Source of the DNA: Synechococcus sp.
GTDB taxonomy: Bacteria > Cyanobacteriota > Cyanobacteriia > Thermostichales > PCC-7336
Reading direction: 5' to 3'
Length of the DNA: 57,437 bases
Assembly: GCA_051439605.1 (NCBI GenBank)
Contig: JBFRWN010000021.1
Span: forward strand, 1-57,437
Below, piece by piece: positions 10,034 through 19,126 of the stretch; the stretch's first letter is position 1, and every line of letters begins with the position of its first letter. Under the pieces are notes generated by a model, which worked only from the letters and a program-made list of their open reading frames with translations, did no database searches and was not told the origin of the DNA. Made by a program: the position numbers and the translations under genes.

Positions 10034-10537
10034 CTAGTTTGACCCAGACTGAATGAGCTGGGCTTTGGGATGGTTCTGGAGCAGCTGCGGCCAATGCACG
10101 TAAATTGCATCCAGACAAGGTCGAAGCAGCTTGGCCGATAAACTGAGGGTTTGTACTCGGGTAATGGATTCCACAAATACAGCTTTTGCCCCCAACACTT
10201 TTCCGAGGGCTAAGAAGGGAACCGCGACTCCCGCTCCTGTGGTCAACACCAGATCGGGCCGCTCTGCGAGTAAAACAGTGAGGGCCAACCCCAGATTTCT
10301 GAGCAGGTTAACGATATTGCGATTGGTTGGCCCCCATGCCCAATACACGGATTCGCTGGCTAAAGCGGCTTCTGTTGTTTCCGATCGGAAGGTAACCCAA
10401 ACCCGATCGCAATGGCTCCAGTAGCCCTCTAGCCTTTGCAATGCGCGGAAGTGTCCGCCGGTGGAACTGACAAGCAGCACCTTTTGGATTGCGGGTTGGG
10501 CCAAGTTGGAATTGAGGCGGTTGACCGGTGTAACCAC
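10034..10537 (-). CDS. PssD/Cps14F (Alg14-like) glycosyltransferase subunit
   Basis: LLVSSTGGHF, ERPDLVLTTGAGVAVPF, FVESITR. Confidence 0.9.
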   Translation of the reverse strand: MVTPVNRLNSNLAQPAIQKVLLVSSTGGHFRALQRLEGYWSHCDRVWVTFRSETTEAALASESVYWAWGPTNRNIVNLLRNLGLALTVLLAERPDLVLTTGAGVAVPFLALGKVLGAKAVFVESITRVQTLSLSAKLLRPCLDAIYVHWPQLLQNHPKAQLIQSGSN

Positions 10538-10581
10538 AATGATGTTCCTCTGAACTACTACTGTGGTTTCTACAGATAAAA

Positions 10582-10598
10582 AGTGAAATAGAAAGGAA
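10582..10598 (-). promoter_or_regulatory. Candidate OmpR-type direct-repeat operator upstream of pssD
   Basis: Minus strand TTCCTT-TCTAT-TTCACT; the same pattern recurs upstream of other EPS genes. Confidence 0.5.
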
Positions 10599-10861
10599 CT
10601 TCAATTTTTGTTGAGTCCCTCAACGGCACGTTTGAATTCCAATTCACATAACAAGCGTTCGATCTCTGACTTCGTCTCGAGAATGTCTTGCCCAGTCGAT
10701 GAATGCGATCTGAACCGAAATGGGAAGAAATGAACTAGGGATAACCCATCCTGGACAGGCTTGGATGCTGGCTCGATGCAGCAGTTTGGTGATGCTTTGC
10801 ATATGAACGAACCGTTTTTCAACCGAGCTGCACACCTTCAGAAAGCGGTAGGGGAGTGGCA

Positions 10862-12784
10862 ATGAAAATATTGCTGATTGAAGACGACGAACAACTGGCA
10901 GAATTGGTCTGCTTGAATCTCAAGTCTCAAAATTATGCAGTGGAGCTGGCGACTGACGGCCAGCTAGGGTTGGAGCTAGCCGAGGCTGCCAATCCAGATG
11001 CGATCGTTATCGATGGATATTTGCCCCGCTTAGATGGCATGGAACTGTGCAAGCGGCTGCGGGCCCATGGTAATGGTGTCCCTATCTTGATGCTGACCTC
11101 CCGTAACGAGGAAGCGGACAAAATCAAAGGGTTAGATGCCGGTGCCGATGATTATCTAACCAAGCCCTTTAGTTTGAACGAGCTATCTGCTCGCTTGCGC
11201 GCCCTCCTCAGGCGAGGGGGGAATTCTGTAGGAACTCCAATCGTGAAATGGGGACCGCTCAGTTTGACACCCGCCACCTGCGAAGTGCTGTACGGCGATC
11301 GCCTCGTGTCGCTGCGACCCAAAGAGTATGCGCTGCTCGAGCTGTTCATGCGCAACCCAAACCAGCTCTTTAGCCGCGATAAAATCCTCGATCGCCTCTG
11401 GACATTCGACGATGCCCCCAATGAAGAAACCGTCAAAGCTCACATCAAAGGACTGCGCCAACATCTCAAACAGGCTGGCGCTCCTGCAAAGCTGATCGAG
11501 TCCATCTACGGTATGGGCTACCGGCTCAACCCCCAGTACAAGCAGGTTGAAGCGGGTGTCCCCAATCATTCTGTACCCTCGGCGGCTGCAGCGACCATCA
11601 CACCAACCCTGACCGATCCAGTTCAGTCCCCCCCAACGGTGACTCGTTCGGGACCCGTAGCACAAGCACCCGTGGGAATTCCTGTATGGGAACAAATGAA
11701 ACCTAAAATGCTGGAGCGAGTGGCCGCTGTTGCGACTGCAGTTCAGGCGATGGAAGCGGGGACACCGCAGGAATCTCTCGATCGAGCGGGATGCCGGGAG
11801 GCGCATAAACTGGCAGGAATTTTGGGCACCCTGGGCTTCGATCGCGGCACTGCCTTAGCCCGTCAAATTGAAGTACAACTGAAAGACCCGAATCCCTTAC
11901 CGATCCGATTGAGGCAGCTGCTGGACGATCTGGAACGGGAGCTGGAGAAAGAGCCCAAACCAGAGACAATGGCGGAGCTGATGGCCTTGACCCAAGGGGG
12001 AGAGACTCAACCTGCCCCTGCCGATCTCGCTCAACCTCTAGAGCTATTGCTGGTGGGAGCCAACATCGAGATTTCAACGTTGCTCGTTCGTGAGGGGAAA
12101 GACCGCCGAGTACGATGTACGCACGTGTTAGACGCAGACAGTGCTCGTCGGCAAATCGAGCTCAGCACGCCACATGTGTTGGCGATCGCGGCGGAGGGGA
12201 TGTCTGCAACGTTTCAGCTGTTAGCTCAAATGGCTGCACAAGTAGCGACCATCCCCACTTTGGTAGTGACTGAAGCCATTGATTTATCCAATCGGGTTGC
12301 GTTAGCCAGACTGGGGGTAAAGCGGGTGCTGGAAACCCCTGCCGATAACGCCAGCCTATTTAGTGCAATCGACACCATTGGACAGCAGAACCATTCCCGG
12401 AATCCCAGAATTTTGGCGGTGGATGACGATCCAGAATTTACAGATATTTTGCGGGGAATACTTCCACCCTCGGGGTTTGATGTGACGGCGGTTGAAAATG
12501 CCGAGCTGGCTTGGGAGGAACTAGCCAGTCTCAACCCCGATCTGATTTTGTTGGATGTAGAAATGCCTGCGATCGATGGCATCGAGTTGTGTCAGGCACT
12601 CCGCAGTGACGAGCGATATTGGGGGACTCCCGTGTTAATTTTGGCATCTGTCCAAAATACCGCTCGGGTCCAGCAGGCGTTTATCGCGGGGGCAGATGGG
12701 TTTGTTAAGAAACCGGTGATTGCTACAGAGTTGATTGCGCAGATTTCAACTCACTTGGAGCGACGAACGTTCGGTCGAGCTTAA
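10862..12784 (+). CDS. RcaC-like multidomain response regulator (REC-OmpR wHTH-Hpt-degenerate REC-REC)
   Basis: MKILLIEDD...DYLTKPF; wHTH KEYALLELF...VKAHIKGLR...IYGMGY; Hpt AHKLAGILGTLG; C-terminal REC ILAVDDD...DLILLDVEMP. Confidence 0.92.
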   Translation: MKILLIEDDEQLAELVCLNLKSQNYAVELATDGQLGLELAEAANPDAIVIDGYLPRLDGMELCKRLRAHGNGVPILMLTSRNEEADKIKGLDAGADDYLTKPFSLNELSARLRALLRRGGNSVGTPIVKWGPLSLTPATCEVLYGDRLVSLRPKEYALLELFMRNPNQLFSRDKILDRLWTFDDAPNEETVKAHIKGLRQHLKQAGAPAKLIESIYGMGYRLNPQYKQVEAGVPNHSVPSAAAATITPTLTDPVQSPPTVTRSGPVAQAPVGIPVWEQMKPKMLERVAAVATAVQAMEAGTPQESLDRAGCREAHKLAGILGTLGFDRGTALARQIEVQLKDPNPLPIRLRQLLDDLERELEKEPKPETMAELMALTQGGETQPAPADLAQPLELLLVGANIEISTLLVREGKDRRVRCTHVLDADSARRQIELSTPHVLAIAAEGMSATFQLLAQMAAQVATIPTLVVTEAIDLSNRVALARLGVKRVLETPADNASLFSAIDTIGQQNHSRNPRILAVDDDPEFTDILRGILPPSGFDVTAVENAELAWEELASLNPDLILLDVEMPAIDGIELCQALRSDERYWGTPVLILASVQNTARVQQAFIAGADGFVKKPVIATELIAQISTHLERRTFGRA

Positions 12785-12945
12785 TGGATGAGAAGATTTT
12801 TCGGTGCTTCTTCAAACAGTTGCCCGAGAAGCTCTGTTGCTTCTCCTGCTCCTAAAGCTCGTAAGGTTCGAGCCAAATTCTGCTGTGACCCGTTGGCTTC
12901 GAGTTCCTTTGCTAAAGCGTAGAAAAAACGTTGTGCAGAATTCAT
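12781..12945 (-). CDS. Small hypothetical protein, 54 aa (not in the ORF track)
   Basis: Translated by hand: MNSAQRFFYALAKELEANGSQQNLARTLRALGAGEATELLGQLFEEAPKNLLIH*. AAGGAG lies 7 nt before the ATG. Confidence 0.6.
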   Translation of the reverse strand: MNSAQRFFYALAKELEANGSQQNLARTLRALGAGEATELLGQLFEEAPKNLLIH

Positions 12946-13087
12946 TTGATGTCTCCTTAGTGTTCAATTAATGGGAACCGTCTAGATGCTGTGAATAGCT
13001 CAGCCAATCAACTTTTTGAATGACCAACGAGCTGTTTATCCTAATTGAGATGGAAAAAGTGATGTTCTTTAGGAATTGGTAGGCAAT

Positions 13088-14074
13088 TTAGACTGCACCA
13101 GCTCGCCGACTCAAGATATGGGTAACGGTCTCCCAAATGAGATCGAAATCGTGGGTCAGACTCCATTGGTCCTGGTAGGAGCGATCCAAGGCCACGACTT
13201 CACCAAAGGTTTCGATTAACGAACGTCCCCGAACTTGCCATTCTCCTGTTAAGCCCGCCTTCACGTTTAATCGCTGCCAGTCGGCGATACCGTATTGGTC
13301 CACTTCATCAGCCAGGGGAGGACGCGTACCTACTAAACTCATACTGCCGATTAAGACACACCAAAATTGAGGCAGTTCGTCCAAACTAGTGCCTCGCAAA
13401 AATCGGCCTACGCGGGTAATCCGAGAATCTTGCTTGTTTTTGAAAAACGCTCCTTCAATCTCATTCTTAACATCCTTTTTACGGGCTTCTGCATCGCGCA
13501 CCATCGAACGAAATTTCCAGATCCGGATGGGTTGTCCTAAGTATCCATAGCGAATCTGGCTAAATAAAATGGGACCCGGACTATCGAGTTTGATCAGGAG
13601 TGCGATCGGGATAAACAGCACTGCTGTAATCAGTAGACCGATCGAAGCTCCGCAAATATCAACGATTCGCTTTGCCAGATTGGTAGTCGAGGGATGGGCA
13701 ACAGGCAGGGGCGATCGCCTGTTAGAGGAGCAATCATTGTGCAAAGATTGCATGCGCTCATCAATGTGAATAAATCGGTTACACCCAGTTATGGAGAGGG
13801 CATTAGCAACTCGTTCGCAAGGGCTCCATGCCACGAGTTGAATACTGTTGGCTTTCACCTGCTTACCCAGTGACGTAAGGGCACCGATTCCACAACTATC
13901 GATAAAGTCAGTGCGGCTAAAGTCGAGGATAAGGCGTGAACCTGGCTCGGCTGAATCAAGCTCAGTCGTACACTGCTGGATAAAGTCAGATGAGGTTCGA
14001 TCGTCAAAAGACTGCGGTACTTGGACAAGATGAAGAGCCAAACTATTTGCTGACTGTTGAAGAGTGTGAGTCAC
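13088..14074 (-). CDS. STAS (anti-anti-sigma) domain fused to a priming sugar transferase (Bac_transf)
   Basis: LILDFSRTDFIDSCGIGAL (STAS); KRIVDI, DSPGPILF, WKFRSM, RITRVGRFLR.TSLDELPQF, MSLVGTRP. Confidence 0.92.
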   Translation of the reverse strand: MTHTLQQSANSLALHLVQVPQSFDDRTSSDFIQQCTTELDSAEPGSRLILDFSRTDFIDSCGIGALTSLGKQVKANSIQLVAWSPCERVANALSITGCNRFIHIDERMQSLHNDCSSNRRSPLPVAHPSTTNLAKRIVDICGASIGLLITAVLFIPIALLIKLDSPGPILFSQIRYGYLGQPIRIWKFRSMVRDAEARKKDVKNEIEGAFFKNKQDSRITRVGRFLRGTSLDELPQFWCVLIGSMSLVGTRPPLADEVDQYGIADWQRLNVKAGLTGEWQVRGRSLIETFGEVVALDRSYQDQWSLTHDFDLIWETVTHILSRRAGAV

Positions 14075-14137
14075 GACCGTCGTTTCCTCCCGAGCAAAAT
14101 ATAGAATTTACTTACGGAAATAACGATAGAAGTCAAA

Positions 14138-14199
14138 GGTGAATTAGTAGGGAATATCTCAAAGAATCATCTGCCAATCTAAAGTGAATAAAAAGGGAG
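14138..14199 (-). promoter_or_regulatory. Two candidate direct-repeat operators upstream of the STAS-sugar transferase gene
   Basis: Minus strand TTCCCT-ACTAA-TTCACC (14138-14154) and CTCCCT-TTTTA-TTCACT (14183-14199), 45 bp apart. Confidence 0.5.
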
Positions 14200-14342
14200 T
14201 ATCTATCAGCTATTTGCTGAGAATAAGATCTGCCGATTGGCACAGTTTTTAATATAAAAAAACGACATCCGTACTTATTGACAGGATGCCGAATGGATAG
14301 GAGGCTTGCGGACTGATAATTCTAGGCAGGGATACTTGACTG

Positions 14343-15461
14343 CTAATACTGTACTGTCATAACTGGCTGCAGTTCCTGTTGAGCTCGTTCGGCATGGACC
14401 GTTGCCTGCTGCTGCTCTCGTTGAATTTGCCAAGATTGTGTCAAGGTTCGGATAGAAAAAGCTACTTTCAACAACGGCTTGAAAAAGCTCTGCGGCAAGA
14501 ATCGTAATAGGTAAGCGGCTAAAACCGTCAACACTGTTCCACGGGGCTCTGCCAAAATTCCCAAACTGCTTGTCAAAGCTCGATTTGCCAGGTCGAATGC
14601 TGTTTTACCATCCCCAATCATCACGGCTTTTTGAGCCAATGCACGATATTGATATCCAGTGGCTAATCTCTCCCATTTTGCGATTAGGTCTGGGGCATAG
14701 GTGGCGGTCTTTTTCAGCAGCTCTAGCCAGCTATCGAATTGTCGATAATAACTGGCTGAGAGGCCTGCTGCATTCACCCGGTAGCAAGTTAGGGCCTCCG
14801 GTAGCCCTTCAAATTTCCAGTTTGTCAGGCAAGCAATCCGCAACCACAAATCGATATCCTCCATGCGGCGAAACTGCTCGTCAAAATAGTTGCCCTGACA
14901 CTTCACCTCTTCAAGCACCTCCCGACGCACAACTGGCGTAGATCCGTTACTAATTGGGTTGCGGCACAGTAGGCGTTTGGCATCTACATATCCGGTAAAA
15001 GACATTAAGTAAGCGGCGGAATTCCCTCCAAACAATTGAGAACGGGAAAAGGATACTCCTATCTCAGGCTGGCTGTCTAAATGAGCCATGTGTTTTTCTA
15101 ACTTTTGAGGGGTCCATACATCGTCCCCATCCAAAAAGGCGATATAGTTTCCCGTGGCGTGGCGGATTCCCGCGTTTCGGGCTCCAGCTAAGCCGCGATT
15201 GTCCTGTTCGACAATGTGGATGCGGCGATCGCTAAATTGTTGGCATATCGCTAAACTATTATCTGGCGACCCATCGATAACCACAATAATCTCAAAGTCT
15301 TGAAAGGTTTGATCGAGCACGGACTGAATCGTGCTAGCAATAAAGTCCTCGACGTTATAGACAGGAATAATGACAGATACTTTCGGAAAGGTTTGAGAGA
15401 CATCCACGTGAGGAAGGGCAAAAGTACTTGCCGAGCGATCGAGGATTTGAGATGTTGTCAT
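14343..15461 (-). CDS. Glycosyltransferase family 2
   Basis: VSVIIPVYNVE, IDGSPD, GLAGARNAG, AFLDGDD, EDIDLWLR. ATG at 15461 follows AAGGAG; the upstream extension in the ORF track is AT-rich and probably non-coding. Confidence 0.92.
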   Translation of the reverse strand: MTTSQILDRSASTFALPHVDVSQTFPKVSVIIPVYNVEDFIASTIQSVLDQTFQDFEIIVVIDGSPDNSLAICQQFSDRRIHIVEQDNRGLAGARNAGIRHATGNYIAFLDGDDVWTPQKLEKHMAHLDSQPEIGVSFSRSQLFGGNSAAYLMSFTGYVDAKRLLCRNPISNGSTPVVRREVLEEVKCQGNYFDEQFRRMEDIDLWLRIACLTNWKFEGLPEALTCYRVNAAGLSASYYRQFDSWLELLKKTATYAPDLIAKWERLATGYQYRALAQKAVMIGDGKTAFDLANRALTSSLGILAEPRGTVLTVLAAYLLRFLPQSFFKPLLKVAFSIRTLTQSWQIQREQQQATVHAERAQQELQPVMTVQY

Positions 15462-15519
15462 TGTTTTCTCCTTTGCAAGAGCAGTGAATCTGCTTGTAAA
15501 AAGAAAGGTATGAGCAAAA

Positions 15520-15580
15520 GGTAAATAATTGGAGAAAAGTCCCAAAAGTGACTGAGCAAAGAAAGTAAAAAAATAAGGAA
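15520..15580 (-). promoter_or_regulatory. Two candidate direct-repeat operators upstream of the GT2 gene
   Basis: Minus strand TTCTCC-AATTA-TTTACC (15520-15536) and TTCCTT-ATTTT-TTTACT (15564-15580), 44 bp apart. Confidence 0.45.
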
Positions 15581-16112
15581 ACTTTCTATATTCTTTGATG
15601 GTTGAGAAAATAATTTGGATAGGATGGATAAAAACTTGAATTCTATTCCTATACACCGAATTCAGAGTGAATCAGAGGATAGTTGGTTGATTATTAGATA
15701 AGGCCAATTGACTGTTTTGTATCTAATATCTTTTAGATCTTATTTGGTAAAATATTCTGAATCTTTTTTCTGTTGTCTCTCTGACTGAATTGCCAAAAAA
15801 TCAATACTAGGACGGATGGCTATCTTCAAAAATATTTATAAAAACTCTGTTTCAAGACTCTTTTGTGCGGTAGTCATAACTGTCTGGGTATGTTATGGCG
15901 CTTAAATTCCTGAGCTACTCATCAAAGAAAGATCGGCTAAATCGAACAACTCATTTCTATTTAAAATCGATATAGATTTTTGAACCAACCCTTGATATCG
16001 ATCTGCTTTAGATGTCTGCTCTTCTGGCTTTTCAAAATTCAAAAAATATCCCTATCCAAGGATGCGAGGTAGTCTCTTGATGCGTGGCAGATCTCGATGT
16101 TGTGACCTCCCA

Positions 16113-17339
16113 CTAAGCCGCAATTTCCTTGTTAGATTTCCAGATATATCGACCCACTCCGTAGGTGAATACAGGCAGCACAATCCAGTGCACCAGAACA
16201 ACGGCTGCGGCCACGCCCACTAGACCAAAGGGCATACCGGCCAGAAGCGCGAGGGCAAAACACAGGGTGAATGCAAGGTTGTAGCGAAAATCTGTACCGG
16301 CTCGATTTTTGGTCCACAGCACTTGGGAGGCTGCTTGGGCAAAGGGGCGCGGAATGGCAGAAAGACAAATCAAGATAGCGAGGGGAACGGCAGCGGTCCA
16401 CTGGGATCCAAACACAAAGGGGATGTAATAGGGGGCCGCTACGGTTTGCAGGAGTACCAAAGGAATGATGATGGCAGCGATCGTTTTCAAAGATCGGAAA
16501 AATCGGGTGCGCAGCTCGCCGGGCTCCTCGCAGAAATGGGGATAGAGGGATTGAGAGAGGGCGTTAATGGCACTGAGTGAGAGTCCCAATCCAGCATTGA
16601 AGGCGAAATAGTACATCCCTAGCAGATCCACCCCTAGGAAGGGGCCCACCAGTAGATAATCCAGATTCTGTCTCAGTGTCTTGAGCATTTCCACCCCCAG
16701 CACATGGCGACCAAACCGAGCAATCTCTTGCCAGTCCTGCAAAGAGAATTGTTTCGGGGCTTGCCAAGGGTGGTTGACGAAATTGATCGCCACCCAAATC
16801 GGTGCCACAAGAAGTTTGGGGGCCACAATTGCCCACATCCCCCATCCCATCACTGCGAACAGAACGGTCAAGAGGGCATTGGCAATGACTTGCAACGAAA
16901 CCGACAGGGCGCTGACTTCTAGGCGGTTTTCCCGTTGGATCAAGGCAGACTTGACTTGCGCGAATGGTAGTAGCGGATAAATCAAGGCGAGGGTGCAGAT
17001 GGGTAAAATGAGCTGGCTGTCTCGATACACCCAGCCCGCGATAAACGCGGCCCCACACTGCAAAACAAGGAGGATGCCTGCCACAATCCAGGTGAGCCAA
17101 TAGGCGGTGTGGCTCAGGCGGGCGACATCTTTAGTCGGTGCTTGGATGAGTTTGGCGGCAATGCCGTTGCGGGTGAGCACATCCACAAAATCATTGACTG
17201 TTAAGACGATGGCGGCCAGTCCGTAATCGTGAGGACTGAGCAGGCGCCCGAGGACAACGACGACCAGCAATCGAGAAATGCGGATGACAACCTCGGTGAT
17301 ACCCATCCAACCCACATTTTGTAGAAATTTGCCTGACAT
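16113..17339 (-). CDS. Wzx flippase (polysaccharide biosynthesis protein)
   Basis: LGRLLSPHDYG, NLDYLLVG..LG...LGMYYFAF; about 12 TMs; likely start MSGKF at 17339. Confidence 0.9.
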   Translation of the reverse strand: MSGKFLQNVGWMGITEVVIRISRLLVVVVLGRLLSPHDYGLAAIVLTVNDFVDVLTRNGIAAKLIQAPTKDVARLSHTAYWLTWIVAGILLVLQCGAAFIAGWVYRDSQLILPICTLALIYPLLPFAQVKSALIQRENRLEVSALSVSLQVIANALLTVLFAVMGWGMWAIVAPKLLVAPIWVAINFVNHPWQAPKQFSLQDWQEIARFGRHVLGVEMLKTLRQNLDYLLVGPFLGVDLLGMYYFAFNAGLGLSLSAINALSQSLYPHFCEEPGELRTRFFRSLKTIAAIIIPLVLLQTVAAPYYIPFVFGSQWTAAVPLAILICLSAIPRPFAQAASQVLWTKNRAGTDFRYNLAFTLCFALALLAGMPFGLVGVAAAVVLVHWIVLPVFTYGVGRYIWKSNKEIAA

Positions 17340-17378
17340 GCCTTTTCCCTTAGTGCTAATCGGACGGTAGGGGGACAA

Positions 17379-17395
17379 AGTGAAACCAGCAGGAA
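17379..17395 (-). promoter_or_regulatory. Candidate direct-repeat operator upstream of wzx
   Basis: Minus strand TTCCTG-CTGGT-TTCACT, about 40 bp before the ATG. Confidence 0.5.
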
Positions 17396-17627
17396 AAGAG
17401 GTATAAATTTTGTCTCCAGCTGTAGCTGCAGCTGTTATGGCGATGCAATCCGCCTGCGAAGCGGAACGGCTGTATGGACTTGACGATCGCCTTCGTTTCT
17501 CCGGTTTTTCACAATCGCTCAATATAAAACATTTGCGATCTCGGCAAGGAAGGACAGCCATATCTTTGGCTAGTCAGGTGGCTGGAGCGCTGAGATTGTC
17601 TAGGAATTCGCAACGTTATGGAGATGA

Positions 17628-18710
17628 GTGGTGAGTAGAACAACGGTTTTGCATCTTGTGGGCGATCGCAAGATGGGCGGAATTGCAAGCACTCTCAAGC
17701 TTCTTCAGGACTCTCACCTGGCCGAGACCCATAACTTTCTCTTTCTCGAAACCGATGGCAACCCACAAGATGCGCTACGGATTGCCAAAACACTGAAAGG
17801 CATCGACATCGTTGCCATTCATTTTGCAGTGCGCACCGCTAATTTAGCGACACTGGTATGGATTCAACTGCTGTCAAAACTGCTAAGTTTCAAAATCATC
17901 CTGATCGAACATCACTACTCCCAACGGTTTCAGGAGATTGCTGCCACAAACCCCAACCGACTGCAGCGAGCATTGGCGATCGCCGGTCAGCTCGTCGATC
18001 GGGTTATCGCTGTTTCTCCCCCACAGCAACAGTGGTTATCTGGTTTTATTCCCGCATCTAAGCTAGTGACGATCGCCTCTTGCTCGTGCCTGCAAACTTT
18101 TTGGAATATACCGGAACGTCCCCCACATCAGGGGCCCCTCAGAGTGGTGTCTTACGGTCGTCATTCCTTACCAGCAAAAGGCTTTGATATTTTGATCGAG
18201 GCTGCAAAGCTCCTGCAAGATTTACCCATCCAAATAGCGATCGGTGGTCAGGGGCCAGACACCCAGCAATTGCGTCACTTGGCTGCAGCCACAAACAACG
18301 TGAAAATTGTGGCTCCAATCCCCGATGTGCCTTGTTTTTTAGACGCAGCAGATGTAGTTGTAATTCCCTCTCGTTGGGAACCGTGGGGGCTCACCTGCAC
18401 CGAAGCAAAGGCTGCAGGCAGGCCCGTCATTGTTAGTTGCGTGGATGGATTGATCGATCGGGTACAAGATTGCGGTCTTGCCGTTCCACCGGATAGTCCC
18501 AAGGAATTGGCTGCGGCTTTGAGGCGGCTGTCCTCGGATAGTAACCGCCAACAGTTGCGGGAGTGGGGGCGGGCCGCCAGAGATTCGGTTCGGTCAGCTG
18601 AAAGCAATTACATCTCTGCTTGGGCAGAATTGTTGAACTCTCAAACAGCAAAACGCTGCCGATACAATACAAAGTTGAACGGATTACTATCCAGTGATAG
18701 TAGGAGCTGA
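17628..18710 (+). CDS. Glycosyltransferase family 4
   Basis: KGFDILIEA, DVVVIPSRWEPWGLTCTEAKAAGRPVI. Confidence 0.92.
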   Translation: MVSRTTVLHLVGDRKMGGIASTLKLLQDSHLAETHNFLFLETDGNPQDALRIAKTLKGIDIVAIHFAVRTANLATLVWIQLLSKLLSFKIILIEHHYSQRFQEIAATNPNRLQRALAIAGQLVDRVIAVSPPQQQWLSGFIPASKLVTIASCSCLQTFWNIPERPPHQGPLRVVSYGRHSLPAKGFDILIEAAKLLQDLPIQIAIGGQGPDTQQLRHLAAATNNVKIVAPIPDVPCFLDAADVVVIPSRWEPWGLTCTEAKAAGRPVIVSCVDGLIDRVQDCGLAVPPDSPKELAAALRRLSSDSNRQQLREWGRAARDSVRSAESNYISAWAELLNSQTAKRCRYNTKLNGLLSSDSRS

Positions 18711-18757
18711 AGTTAGCTGAGAGTCACCATCCCACATCGAGAACCTCAGGATATCGA

Positions 18758-19126
18758 ATGACATTTCTGAATGGAATCACCGTACTTCTGCTGTACCAGT
18801 TACTGGGTGAAGTTGCGGCCCTTGTCTTGGGACTTCCGATACCTGGCCCGGTGCTCGGCATGACCTTCCTATTTTTGACCCTACGGCTCCATGGCAAAGT
18901 CCCAACCTCCCTCGATTCCGCCTCCAACCACCTTTTGCATCATTTCTCGTTACTCTTTATTCCCGCTGGCGTCGGAGTCATGGTGCATTTCGATCGCATG
19001 GCCAATGAATGGCTGCCCATCTCCGTCGCCCTCCTTCTCAGCACCATCGTTACCCTGGCCGGCACCGCAGCAATGATGTCAATTGCAAATTCCGTCCTGT
19101 CAAAGAGGGCACCCAACGATGCTTGA
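18758..19126 (+). CDS. CidA/LrgA family protein
   Basis: QLLGE...LPIPGPVLGM, LLFIPAGVGVM. Confidence 0.92.
   Translation: MTFLNGITVLLLYQLLGEVAALVLGLPIPGPVLGMTFLFLTLRLHGKVPTSLDSASNHLLHHFSLLFIPAGVGVMVHFDRMANEWLPISVALLLSTIVTLAGTAAMMSIANSVLSKRAPNDA

Noticed and set aside
10601..10862. Short minus-strand ORFs between pssD and the RcaC-like gene
   Set aside because: They lie in a divergent promoter region and have no recognisable features.
15462..15656. N-terminal extension of the GT2 ORF
   Set aside because: Phe-rich translation of AT-rich DNA; the strong RBS supports the start at 15461.
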